A stretch of 64,000 nucleotides of DNA, taken from an uncultured Actinomycetota bacterium (GTDB lineage: Bacteria > Actinomycetota > Actinomycetes > Mycobacteriales > Mycobacteriaceae). Shown piece after piece: positions 12,509 through 21,808 of this stretch. The notes beneath the pieces were generated by a model, which did not search any database, was not told the DNA's origin, and worked only from the letters and a program-made list of their open reading frames with translations. Made by a program: the position numbers and the translations under genes. Position 1 is the stretch's first letter; every line of letters starts with the position of its first letter. The stretch is taken from NCBI GenBank assembly GCA_963775205.1, contig CAVZHV010000002.1:1174608-1238607 (forward strand), written 5' to 3'.

Positions 12509-14746
12509 TTACGCCCGCGCCGCCTCCAGCGCGTCGTTCAACGTCTCGCTCGGCCGCATCACTGCTGTGGTCTTCTCGCGGTCGGGGTAGTAATAGCCGC
12601 CGATGTCCACCGAATCGCCTTGTACTTCGGCGAATTCGGCGATGATCGCATCTTCCTTCTCGGACAGCGACTTGGCCAGTTCGGCGAAGTGATCGGCCAG
12701 CTCTTGATCCTCGGCCTGCTCGGCGAGTTCCTGCGCCCAGTACAGGGCCAGGTAGAACTGGCTGCCACGGTTGTCGAGCTCACCGGTCTTGCGCGACGGG
12801 CCCTTGTCGTTCTCCAGCAGCTTGGCGATCGCCCCGTCCAGTGTCTTGCCAAGGAGCTCGGCTCGCTTGTTGCCGGTCTTGTTTCCGATGTCCTCCAGGC
12901 ACGCACCCAACGCGAGGTATTCGCCGAGTGAATCCCAGCGCAAGTGGTTCTCCTCCACCAGCTGCTTGACGTGTCTGGGTGCCGAACCGCCGGCACCTGT
13001 TTCGTACATGCCACCGCCGGCCATCAGCGGCACGATGGACAGCATTTTCGCGCTGGTTCCCAGCTCGAGGATCGGGAACAGGTCCGTCAGATAGTCGCGC
13101 AGGATGTTGCCTGTCGCGGCGATGGTGTCCTGTCCGCGGACCACCCGCTCCAGCGTGTACCGCATGGCCCACACCTGCGGCATGATCTGGATCGTCAGGC
13201 CTTCGGTGTCGTGGTCGGCGAGGTAAGCCTTGACCTTCTTGCGCAGCTCTGCCTCGTGCGGACGTTCGGTGTCCAGCCAGAAGACCACCGTCATGCCGGA
13301 TGCGCGTGCCCGGTTGACGGCCAACTTGACCCAGTCCCGGATCGCTGCGTCCTTGGTGACGGGCATGCGCCAGATGTCGCCCTCCTCGACGTTCTGCGTC
13401 AGCAGCACCTCGCCGGTGGCGTTGTCGACGATGTCGGCGACGCCGTCTTCTGGGATCTCGAACGTTTTGTCATGCGAGCCGTACTCTTCGGCGGCCTGTG
13501 CCATCAGGCCGACGTTCGGAACGGTGCCCATGGTCGTCGGGTCGAACTGGCCGTGCGTCTTACAGAAGTTGATCATCTCCTGGTAGATCCGGGAGAACGT
13601 CGACTCCGGGTTCACCGCCTTGGTGTCCTTGGTCCGCCCGTCGGCGCCGTACATCTTGCCGCCCAGGCGGATCATCGCCGGCATCGACGCGTCGACGATC
13701 ACGTCACTGGGCGAGTGGAAGTTCGTGATTCCCCGTGCCGAATCCACCATCGCCAACTCGGGCCGGTGCTCGTGGACAGCGTGGATGTCCTGGATGATCT
13801 CTTCGCGCTGCGAGCCCGGCAGCGCCTCGATCTTGTTGTAGAGGTCGACCATTCCGTTGTTCACGTTCACACCGAGTTCGTCGAGCACCTTCTGGTGCTT
13901 GGCGAAAGCGTCCTTGTAGAACACCTTCACGCAGTGGCCGAAGACGATGGGATGGCTGACCTTCATCATCGTGGCCTTGACGTGCAGCGAGAACATCACG
14001 CCGGTCTTGTACGCGTCCTCGATCTGCTCCTCGTAGAACTCGCACAGCGCCTTCTTGCTCATGAACATGCTCTCGATGATGTCGCCCTCGTCGAGCTTCA
14101 CCTCGGGCTTGAGCACGATCGTCTTGCCGCCCTTGGTTTTCAGCTCCATCCGCACGTCGCGCGCCCGGTCCAGAGTCATCGACTTCTCGCCGTGGTAGAA
14201 GTCGCCGCGCTTCATGGTCGCCACGTGCGTACGGGAGGCCTGCGACCACTCGCCCATGCTGTGCGGGTGCTTGCGCGCGTACTCCTTGACGGCCTTCGGG
14301 GCGCGACGGTCCGAATTCCCTTCGCGCAGAACCGGGTTCACCGCGCTGCCAAGCACTTTGGCGTAGCGCTCCTTGATGGCCTTCTCCTCGTCGGTCTTCG
14401 GATGGGCCGGATAATCGGGTACCGCGTAGCCCTTCTCCTGCAGTTCCTTGACGGCAGCACTGAGTTGCGGCACCGAGGCGCTGATGTTGGGCAGCTTGAT
14501 GATGTTGGTGTCGGGCAGCTGATTCAGCCGGCCGAGTTCGGCCAGGTTGTCCGGCACGCGCTGGTCCTCGTCCAGGTAATCGGAGAACTCGGCCAGGATG
14601 CGCTCCGCCACCGAGATGTCGCTGGATTCGACGTTGATCCCCGCGGGATCGGCGAAGGTCCGAATGATCGGCAGCAAGGCGTAGGTCGCAAGCAGCGGCG
14701 CTTCGTCGGTCAGCGTGTAGATGATGGTCGGCTGCTCAGCGCTCAT
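12509..14746 (-). CDS. icd2: NADP-dependent isocitrate dehydrogenase, monomeric type
   Basis: [49 protein letters not shown]. Confidence 0.96.
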   Translation of the reverse strand: MSAEQPTIIYTLTDEAPLLATYALLPIIRTFADPAGINVESSDISVAERILAEFSDYLDEDQRVPDNLAELGRLNQLPDTNIIKLPNISASVPQLSAAVKELQEKGYAVPDYPAHPKTDEEKAIKERYAKVLGSAVNPVLREGNSDRRAPKAVKEYARKHPHSMGEWSQASRTHVATMKRGDFYHGEKSMTLDRARDVRMELKTKGGKTIVLKPEVKLDEGDIIESMFMSKKALCEFYEEQIEDAYKTGVMFSLHVKATMMKVSHPIVFGHCVKVFYKDAFAKHQKVLDELGVNVNNGMVDLYNKIEALPGSQREEIIQDIHAVHEHRPELAMVDSARGITNFHSPSDVIVDASMPAMIRLGGKMYGADGRTKDTKAVNPESTFSRIYQEMINFCKTHGQFDPTTMGTVPNVGLMAQAAEEYGSHDKTFEIPEDGVADIVDNATGEVLLTQNVEEGDIWRMPVTKDAAIRDWVKLAVNRARASGMTVVFWLDTERPHEAELRKKVKAYLADHDTEGLTIQIMPQVWAMRYTLERVVRGQDTIAATGNILRDYLTDLFPILELGTSAKMLSIVPLMAGGGMYETGAGGSAPRHVKQLVEENHLRWDSLGEYLALGACLEDIGNKTGNKRAELLGKTLDGAIAKLLENDKGPSRKTGELDNRGSQFYLALYWAQELAEQAEDQELADHFAELAKSLSEKEDAIIAEFAEVQGDSVDIGGYYYPDREKTTAVMRPSETLNDALEAARA

Positions 14747-14891
14747 GTGTTGGTCGTCTCCCACCCTTGTTCGGTCAAGCCGGGTATCAGTATTCCGCCG
14801 AAGGGCACTGCGTGTCAGACGCGGGTCCGAAACCAACTCGGCCCGAGAACCCGGTGGCAGCCGGCCTCCGGCGTGCGATACGCTTCTTCTT

Positions 14892-15012
14892 GGTCAAGAG
14901 CGCCAGCGTCAAGCCCCGGCTCGCTGGCCGGCAACCCTCCAACCGCGGTGGGGTGCCCCGGGTGAGAGACCAGGTTGAGTAGCCGCCCACGGCTACACGG
15001 CAAGCGCGGGTC
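14892..15012 (+). ncRNA. SAM-IV riboswitch
   Basis: GGTCAAGAGCGCCAGCGTCAAGCCCCGGC...GGCAACCCTCCAACCGCGGTGGGGTGCCCCGGGTGA...GGCAAGCGCGGGTC matches the mycobacterial SAM-IV aptamer; upstream of Met biosynthesis genes; TACGCT -10-like hexamer just before. Confidence 0.93.
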
Positions 15013-15016
15013 CGTG

Positions 15017-15079
15017 ATGACGGGCCCCCGGACGAGACAGGGAAACCTGATGCGGAGGCCCTATTGCAGTTCTCGCTGA
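15017..15079 (+). CDS. Putative leader peptide (uORF) MTGPRTRQGNLMRRPYCSSR
   Basis: ATG 5 nt after the aptamer end, TGA at 15077-79; Met and Cys codons; translation is inferred. Confidence 0.35.
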   Translation: MTGPRTRQGNLMRRPYCSSR

Positions 15080-15116
15080 CTGCACCGACGAGCAAGCCCG
15101 TCACCACAGGAGAATC

Positions 15117-16439
15117 ATGACGAACGAAGCCAACTGGGCGTTCGAGACCAAGCAGATCCACGTCGGCCAAGTGCCCGACGCCGCGACCAACGCGCGCGCA
15201 CTCCCGATCTACCAGACCACGTCGTACACGTTCAAAAGCACCGACCATGCGGCCGCGCTGTTCGGGCTCGCCGAGCCGGGCAACATCTACACCCGGATCA
15301 TGAACCCGACGACCGACGTCGTCGAGCAGCGCATCGCCGCGCTCGAGGGAGGGGTCGCGGGGTTGTTCCTGGCGTCCGGGCAGGCCGCCGAGACGTTCTC
15401 GATCCTCAACATCGCCAACGCCGGCGACCACATCGTCTCCAGCCCGCGGCTGTACGGCGGCACCTACAACCTGTTCCACTACACGCTGCCCAAGCTGGGC
15501 ATCGACGTCAGCTTCGTCGAGAACCCCGACGACCTGGAGTCCTGGCGGGCGGCCGCCCGGCCGAACACCAAGGCGTTCTTCGGCGAGACCATCTCCAACC
15601 CGCAGAACGACATCCTCGACATCCCGGGCGTGGCCGCGGTTGCTCACGACGCCGGCGTGCCGCTGATCGTCGACAACACCGTTGCGACCCCGTACCTGAT
15701 CCAGCCGATCAGCCACGGCGCCGACATCGTCGTGCACTCCGCCACGAAGTACCTGGGCGGGCACGGCGCGGCCATCGCCGGGGTGATCGTCGACGGCGGC
15801 ACCTTCGACTGGACCAACGGGAAGTTCCCGGGCTTCACCACACCCGACCCGAGCTATCACGGCGTGGTGTTCGCCGAGCTCGGGCCACCGGCGTTCGCGC
15901 TGAAGGCCCGGGTGCAGCTGCTGCGCGACCTCGGCTCGGCCGCGTCGCCGTTCAACGCGTTCCTGATCGCCCAGGGCCTGGAGACGCTGAGCCTGCGGGT
16001 GGAGCGCCACGTCGCCAACGCGCAGCGCGTCGCCGAATACCTCGAGGGCCATCCCGACGTGATCTCGGTGAACTACGCCGGGCTGCCCAGCTCGCCGTGG
16101 TACGAGCTCGGAAAGAAGCTGGCGCCCAAGGGAACCGGTGCGGTGCTGGCCTTCGAACTCGCCGGCGGGGTGGATGCCGGCAAGGCGTTCGTCAACGCGC
16201 TGACGCTGCACAGCCACGTCGCCAACATCGGCGACGTGCGCTCGCTGGTGATCCATCCGGCGTCGACCACGCACTCCCAGCTCAACCCCGACGAGCAGCT
16301 GGCCACCGGTGTCACGCCCGGGCTCGTGCGTCTGGCGGTCGGCCTCGAGGGCATCGACGACATCCTGGCCGACCTCGAGCAGGGCTTCGCCGCCGCCAAG
16401 CCGTTCAGCGGCTCGCCTCAGACGGCGGCGTCGTGGTGA
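15117..16439 (+). CDS. metC: O-acetylhomoserine/O-acetylserine sulfhydrylase
   Basis: [41 protein letters not shown]; Rv3340 ortholog (MetY-type). Confidence 0.95.
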   Translation: MTNEANWAFETKQIHVGQVPDAATNARALPIYQTTSYTFKSTDHAAALFGLAEPGNIYTRIMNPTTDVVEQRIAALEGGVAGLFLASGQAAETFSILNIANAGDHIVSSPRLYGGTYNLFHYTLPKLGIDVSFVENPDDLESWRAAARPNTKAFFGETISNPQNDILDIPGVAAVAHDAGVPLIVDNTVATPYLIQPISHGADIVVHSATKYLGGHGAAIAGVIVDGGTFDWTNGKFPGFTTPDPSYHGVVFAELGPPAFALKARVQLLRDLGSAASPFNAFLIAQGLETLSLRVERHVANAQRVAEYLEGHPDVISVNYAGLPSSPWYELGKKLAPKGTGAVLAFELAGGVDAGKAFVNALTLHSHVANIGDVRSLVIHPASTTHSQLNPDEQLATGVTPGLVRLAVGLEGIDDILADLEQGFAAAKPFSGSPQTAASW

Positions 16440-17551
16440 CGATCTCCGACGTGCCGACCACCCAACTCCCCGCCGAAGGCGAGGTGGGTGTCGCCGGCAT
16501 CGGCCCGCTGCGGCTGGAGAGCGGGCAGGTGATCGACGACGTGTCGATCGTGGTGCAGCGCTGGGGCGAGCTGTCGCCGGCCCGCGACAACGTGGTGGTG
16601 GTGCTGCACGCGCTCACCGGCGACTCGCACGTCACGGGCCCGGCCGGTCCGGACCATCCGACATCCGGCTGGTGGGACAGCGCCGTCGGCCCGGGTGCGC
16701 CGATCGACACCAACCGCTGGTGCGCGCTGGCCACCAACGTGCTCGGCGGATGTCGCGGCTCGACGGGGCCCAGTTCGCCCGCCCCGGACGGAAAGCCCTG
16801 GGGCTCAAGGTTTCCGACGATCACCATCCGCGACCAGGTGGAGGCCGACATCGCCGCGCTGGCCACGCTCGGAATCACCGAGGTGGCCGCGGTGGTCGGC
16901 GGCTCGATGGGCGGCGCGCGGGCACTGGAGTGGATGGTCGGCCATCCCGACAAGGTGCGCGCGGGGCTGCTGCTGGCCGTCGGCGCGCGGGCGACCGCCG
17001 ACCAGATCGGCACGCAGTGCGCGCAAGTGGCCGCGATCAAGGCCGACCCGAACTGGCAGGGCGGCGACTACTACGGCACCGGCCGCGAGCCCGTCGACGG
17101 CATGGACATCGCCCGGCGGTTCGCGCACCTGACCTACCGCGGCGAGCTGGAGCTGGACCGGCGGTTCGCCAACCAACCGCAGGCGTCCGAGAACCCGCTG
17201 AGCGGCGGCCGGTACGCGGTGCAGAGCTATCTTGAGCACCAAGGCGCCAAGCTGGTCGATCGGTTCGACCCGGGCAGCTACGTGGTGCTCACCGACGCGC
17301 TCAGCAGCCACGACGTCGGCCGCGGCCGGGGCGGGGTGCCGGCGGCGCTGCGCCACTGCCCGGTGTCGGCGGTGGTCGGCGGCATCACCTCCGACCGGCT
17401 GTATCCGCTGCGGCTGCAGGAGGAACTCGCCCAGCTGATGCCCGGCTGTGCCGGCCTGAACGTGGTCGACTCGGTCTACGGGCACGACGGGTTCCTCATC
17501 GAGTCCGAGGCCGTCGGCGACCTGATCCGGCAGACGCTCAAGCTCGCATGA
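16436..17551 (+). CDS. metX: Homoserine O-acetyltransferase
   Basis: [21 protein letters not shown]; GTGA overlap with metC stop. Confidence 0.95.
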   Translation: MTISDVPTTQLPAEGEVGVAGIGPLRLESGQVIDDVSIVVQRWGELSPARDNVVVVLHALTGDSHVTGPAGPDHPTSGWWDSAVGPGAPIDTNRWCALATNVLGGCRGSTGPSSPAPDGKPWGSRFPTITIRDQVEADIAALATLGITEVAAVVGGSMGGARALEWMVGHPDKVRAGLLLAVGARATADQIGTQCAQVAAIKADPNWQGGDYYGTGREPVDGMDIARRFAHLTYRGELELDRRFANQPQASENPLSGGRYAVQSYLEHQGAKLVDRFDPGSYVVLTDALSSHDVGRGRGGVPAALRHCPVSAVVGGITSDRLYPLRLQEELAQLMPGCAGLNVVDSVYGHDGFLIESEAVGDLIRQTLKLA

Positions 17552-18315
17552 CGGCGATGAGCCCCTCGGGCGAAGAGCAGACGGCACAGTTCACCCGGCA
17601 GCGGTCCCTGTCGTTCGGGGAGGAGGCCGCGGCCTACGAGCGCGGCCGCCCGTCGTATCCGCCCGAGGCCATCGACTGGCTGCTGCCGCAGGATGCTCGC
17701 GACGTGCTCGACCTCGGGGCGGGCACTGGAAAGCTCACCACTCGCCTGGTCGAGCGCGGGCTGTCGGTGGTGGCCGTCGACCCGATCCCGGAAATGCTTG
17801 AGCTGCTTCGTGATTCGCTGCCCGAGACACCCGCGCTGCTCGGCACGGCCGAGGACATACCCTTGCCCGACGACAGCGTCGACGCGGTGCTCGTGGCGCA
17901 GGCCTGGCACTGGTTCGACCCGGAGCGCGCCGTTGCGGAGGTGGCCCGGGTGCTGCGGCCGGGCGGGCGGCTGGGCCTGGTGTGGAACACCCGCGACGAG
18001 CGGTTGGGCTGGGTGCGCGACCTCGGCCGGATCATCGGCCAGGAGCACGACCCGTTCAGCGAGCGGGTCACGCTGCCGGCACCGTTCACCGACCTGGAGC
18101 GACACCAGCTGGAGTGGACGAATTACCTGACGCCGCAAGCGCTCATCGACCTCGTCGCGTCGCGCAGCTACTGCATCACGTCGCCAGCCGACGTCCGGAC
18201 GGCGACGCTGGACCGGGTGCGTGAGTTGCTGGCCACCCATCCGGCGCTGGCGAACTCGACGGGCCTGGCGCTGCCGTACGTGACGGTGTGCATCCGCGCG
18301 GCGTTCGGCGGCTGA
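17548..18315 (+). CDS. Class I SAM-dependent methyltransferase (Rv3342-like)
   Basis: [29 protein letters not shown]. Confidence 0.92.
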   Translation: MTAMSPSGEEQTAQFTRQRSLSFGEEAAAYERGRPSYPPEAIDWLLPQDARDVLDLGAGTGKLTTRLVERGLSVVAVDPIPEMLELLRDSLPETPALLGTAEDIPLPDDSVDAVLVAQAWHWFDPERAVAEVARVLRPGGRLGLVWNTRDERLGWVRDLGRIIGQEHDPFSERVTLPAPFTDLERHQLEWTNYLTPQALIDLVASRSYCITSPADVRTATLDRVRELLATHPALANSTGLALPYVTVCIRAAFGG

Positions 18316-18367
18316 CGGCCCGCGCCGAGAACACACGTAAGTAGCCGAATGATCTAAAATGTCCAGT

Positions 18368-18724
18368 ATGACTACTTTGACGTACCGCAACCGCCGCGGC
18401 GAGCTGGTGGACGTGCCGACGGTCGCTGCCACGCGCTTCAAGAACGAGTTCGGCGCGATCTTCGAGCAGGCCGCGCTCGGTGGTGCGGTCGCCATCACCA
18501 AGCACAACGCCCCGAAGGCGGTGCTGTTGTCGTATGCGGAGTTCGAGGCGCTGACGAAGGACAGCGCGCCCGCGCTCGACGTACTCACGGAGCGATTCGA
18601 CGAACTGCTCGAACGCATGCAGACGCCACAGGCAAAGGACGCAATGGCCAAGGCATTCGACGCCACGCCGACGCAGCTCGGCCGCGCCGCGGTGACGGCT
18701 GCACGTCCGAAGCGGCGACGCTGA
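18368..18724 (+). CDS. Phd/YefM family antitoxin
   Basis: VAATRFKNEFGAIFEQA..GAVAITKHNAPKAVLLS Phd N-terminal pattern; TAAAAT 7 nt before ATG 18368 suggests a leaderless start. Confidence 0.8.
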   Translation: MTTLTYRNRRGELVDVPTVAATRFKNEFGAIFEQAALGGAVAITKHNAPKAVLLSYAEFEALTKDSAPALDVLTERFDELLERMQTPQAKDAMAKAFDATPTQLGRAAVTAARPKRRR

Positions 18725-19347
18725 CAGCGCCGCGGCTCTATGTGCTCGCGGGGGTGAACGGGGCCGGCAAGAGCAGCATCGTCGGCGCGATGATCCGCGC
18801 CGCCGGCGCCGACTACTACAACCCCGACGAGGCCGCAAAGGCCCTGAGGGACGCCGACCCCGGCCTTGACCAGGTCGCCGCGAACGCCTCGGCGTGGCAT
18901 CAGGGCAAGCGGCTGCTCGAGCGAGCCATCGCCGACCGACTCGACTTCGCGTTCGAGACGACACTCGGCGGAAACACCATCCCGCGCCTGCTTGCCGAGG
19001 CAGCGTCGAACGGCTTTGAGGTACGGGTCTGGTTCGTCGGTCTCGACACCCCTGAGGCGCACATCGCGCGGGTGCGGCACCGTGTCCGTTCAGGCGGGCA
19101 CGACATCCCCGAGGAAGCTATCCGGCGGCGATGGCGGCACAGCAGACAAAACCTGGTGCAGCTGCTGCCTGCGCTGACCGAGTTGCGGGTGTACGACAAT
19201 TCCGCCGACGCGGACCCGGCCACCGGCCATGCACCGCAGCCGAGGCTGGTGCTGCACGTCCAGCGCGGACGGATCGTCGGGCCCGACGACCTCGCATCGA
19301 CGCCGGAGTGGGCGCAGCCGATCGTCGCAGCGGCGCTGACGGGTTAG
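18721..19347 (+). CDS. Zeta-toxin-like P-loop kinase/ATPase
   Basis: YVLAGVNGAGKS Walker A, NPDE, FAFETTL, RVRSGGHDIPE, VYDNS; start is CTG 18721 or GTG 18742. Confidence 0.82.
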   Translation: MTAPRLYVLAGVNGAGKSSIVGAMIRAAGADYYNPDEAAKALRDADPGLDQVAANASAWHQGKRLLERAIADRLDFAFETTLGGNTIPRLLAEAASNGFEVRVWFVGLDTPEAHIARVRHRVRSGGHDIPEEAIRRRWRHSRQNLVQLLPALTELRVYDNSADADPATGHAPQPRLVLHVQRGRIVGPDDLASTPEWAQPIVAAALTG

Positions 19348-19360
19348 GCCACCAGCAGGA

Positions 19361-19654
19361 CTAGCGCGTGCCCAACGGGTCGATGGTCCAGGCGATGTAG
19401 ATCACCACGCCACTGACCACCGCCATCGTGGCGAAGTCGGTCGTCCGGCGGCGGACGACGAGCAGGCCGGCGCGCTTGTCCGACAGCACGAGGCGCAGCA
19501 CCGCCGCCACCGCCACCCCGATGCCGATCAGCAGCGACCCGCGGCGCCAGAAGTCCGTCACCACAAGCCCGAACGCGACGCCGAAGATGCCGAACACCGC
19601 CAGGATCGGCCACTGCGCGCGAACCACCCGCCGCGCGTTGTCGCGAATGCTCAC
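19361..19654 (-). CDS. DUF3017 membrane protein (Rv3355c-like)
   Basis: [17 protein letters not shown]...AGLLVVR pattern; coupled to folD. Confidence 0.85.
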   Translation of the reverse strand: MSIRDNARRVVRAQWPILAVFGIFGVAFGLVVTDFWRRGSLLIGIGVAVAAVLRLVLSDKRAGLLVVRRRTTDFATMAVVSGVVIYIAWTIDPLGTR

Positions 19655-20496
19655 GAGGTTTCCGCGCGCTCAACGACATTCGTCAACAGGAAGGCCCGCG
19701 TCAACGGGCCGACACCGCCGGGGTTCGGCGACACGTGCCCGGCGACCTCCCACACATCGGGATGCACGTCACCGGTGAGCTTGCCGTCCACCCGTGACAC
19801 CCCGACGTCGACGACTGCGGCGCCCGGCTTGATCATGTCGGCGGTCACCATGTGCGGCACGCCGACTGCCGCCACAACGATGTCCGCCTGGCGGGTCAGT
19901 GACGGCAGATGCCGAGTCGCTGTGTGGCACAACGTAACTGTGGCGTTCTCCGAGCGACGGGTGAGCAGCAGCCCCAGCGGCCGGCCGACGGTGACCCCGC
20001 GGCCGATGACCACGACGTGCGCGCCGGCGATCTCGACCTCGTAGCGGCGCAGCAGGTGCACGATGCCCCGAGGCGTGCACGGCAGCGGCGCCGCCTTGCC
20101 CAGCACCAGCCGGCCCAGGTTCATCGGATGCAGGCCGTCGGCGTCCTTGTCTGGATCGATGCGCTCGAGTGCGGCGTTCTCGTCCAGGTGCTTCGGCAGA
20201 GGCAACTGCACGATGTAGCCGGTGCACTCCGGGTTCTCGTTGAGTTCGTCGATCGTCTCGTCGAGCTTGGCCTGGCTGATGTCGGCCGGCAGGTCGCGCC
20301 GGATCGACGTGATGCCGACCTTCGCGCAGTCGGCGTGCTTGCCGCGCACGTAGGCCTGCGATCCCGGATCGTCGCCGACGAGGATCGTGCCGAGGCCGGG
20401 GGTGCGCCCGGCCGCCGTCAGCTTCTGCACGCGCTGCGTCAGGTCGGCCAGTATCTCGTCGCGGGTGGCCTTGCCGTCGAGCACTGTCGCCGTCAC
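19651..20496 (-). CDS. folD: Methylenetetrahydrofolate dehydrogenase/cyclohydrolase
   Basis: [37 protein letters not shown]. Confidence 0.96.
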   Translation of the reverse strand: MTATVLDGKATRDEILADLTQRVQKLTAAGRTPGLGTILVGDDPGSQAYVRGKHADCAKVGITSIRRDLPADISQAKLDETIDELNENPECTGYIVQLPLPKHLDENAALERIDPDKDADGLHPMNLGRLVLGKAAPLPCTPRGIVHLLRRYEVEIAGAHVVVIGRGVTVGRPLGLLLTRRSENATVTLCHTATRHLPSLTRQADIVVAAVGVPHMVTADMIKPGAAVVDVGVSRVDGKLTGDVHPDVWEVAGHVSPNPGGVGPLTRAFLLTNVVERAETS

Positions 20497-20558
20497 GAAC
20501 GTCAGTCTGACATGCATGTGGCAGGCACTGCGGACGCGAGGAGCGGTTAGGTGCGCGC

Positions 20559-21747
20559 ATGGCGCCCGACGTGTTCTCCCCAGCCAAGCTGGGCCCGGTC
20601 ACGCTGCGCAACCGCATCATCAAGGCAGCGACGTTCGAGGCCGCCACCCCCGACGCGCTGGTGACCGACGACCTGATCGAATACCACCGCAAACCCGCCG
20701 CCGGTGGCGTCGGGATGACGACGGTCGCCTACTGCGCAGTCACACCAGGCGGTCGCACCGAACGCCGGCAGCTTTGGATGCGGCCCGAGGCGCTGCCGGG
20801 CCTGCGCCGACTCACCGAAGCGGTGCACGCCGAGGGTGCGGCGATCAGCGCGCAGATCGGGCACGCCGGGCCCGTCGCAGACGCCCGCTCCAACAAGGCC
20901 ACAGCGCTGGCCCCCGTAAGGTTCTTCAACCCGACGTCGATGAGGTTCGCCAGGAAGGCCACCCGCGACGACATCAACGACGTGATCGGCAGCGCACGCC
21001 AACGCGGCGCGGCTGGCGATCGACGCCGGCTTCGACGCCGTCGAAATCCACTTGGGCCACGGCTACTTCTGCAGCTCGTTTCTCAGCCCGCTGATCAACC
21101 GCCGCGACGACGAGTTCGGCGGATCGTTGGAGAACCGCGCGAAAGTTGCTCGCGGGGTGGTGCAGGCGGTGCGCCATGCGGTCGGCGACCAGATCGCGGT
21201 GACCGCGAAGCTCACCATGGCCGACGGGATCCGCGGCGGCATCCGCGTCGAGGAGGCGCTGACCACCGCGAAGTGGCTCGAAGACGACGGCGGCCTCGAC
21301 GCCCTCGAACTGACCGCCGGCAGCTCGCTGGTGAACCCGATGTACCTGTTCCACGGCGACGTGCCGGTGCAGGCCTTTGCGAACAGGTTCAAGCCGCCGA
21401 TTCGGTGGGGCGTGCGGATGATGGGCCCCAAGTTCCTGCGCAAGTACCCATACCGCGACGGCTATCTGCTCGACCTCGCCCGCAAGTTCCGCGCCGAACT
21501 GTCGATGCCGTTGATCCTGCTCGGCGGCATCACCGACCGCCAGATGATGGACGTGGCGATGGCCGAGGGATTCGAGTTCGTCGCGATGGCCAGAGCGTTG
21601 CTCGCCGAGCCGGATCTGATCAACCGCATCGCCGCCGACGCGTCGGTGCAATCCGTCTGCAACCACTGCAACCTGTGCATGCCGACCGCGTACCGGGTCA
21701 GCGCCGACGACCGCACACACTGCGCGCTGACCGGGGCCCCGGGGTAG
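20559..21747 (+). CDS. NADH:flavin oxidoreductase (Rv3359-like), split by a 1-bp frameshift near 20990
   Basis: N-half [10 protein letters not shown]...QIGHAG; C-half [13 protein letters not shown]...[14 protein letters not shown]...CNHCNLC in another frame. Confidence 0.85.
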
Positions 21748-21808
21748 CTGGGGCGAGAGCTTTCGACCCGCCGCGCGCCGCAGGCAAATACCTATAGAGT
21801 TACTGCCG

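Noticed and set aside
15014-15107. Second element as a known riboswitch or hammerhead ribozyme (CTGATG, CCGACGAGCAA look-alikes)
   Set aside because: It lacks the full conserved cores of glycine, SAH, ZTP or hammerhead RNAs; kept only as a putative expression platform
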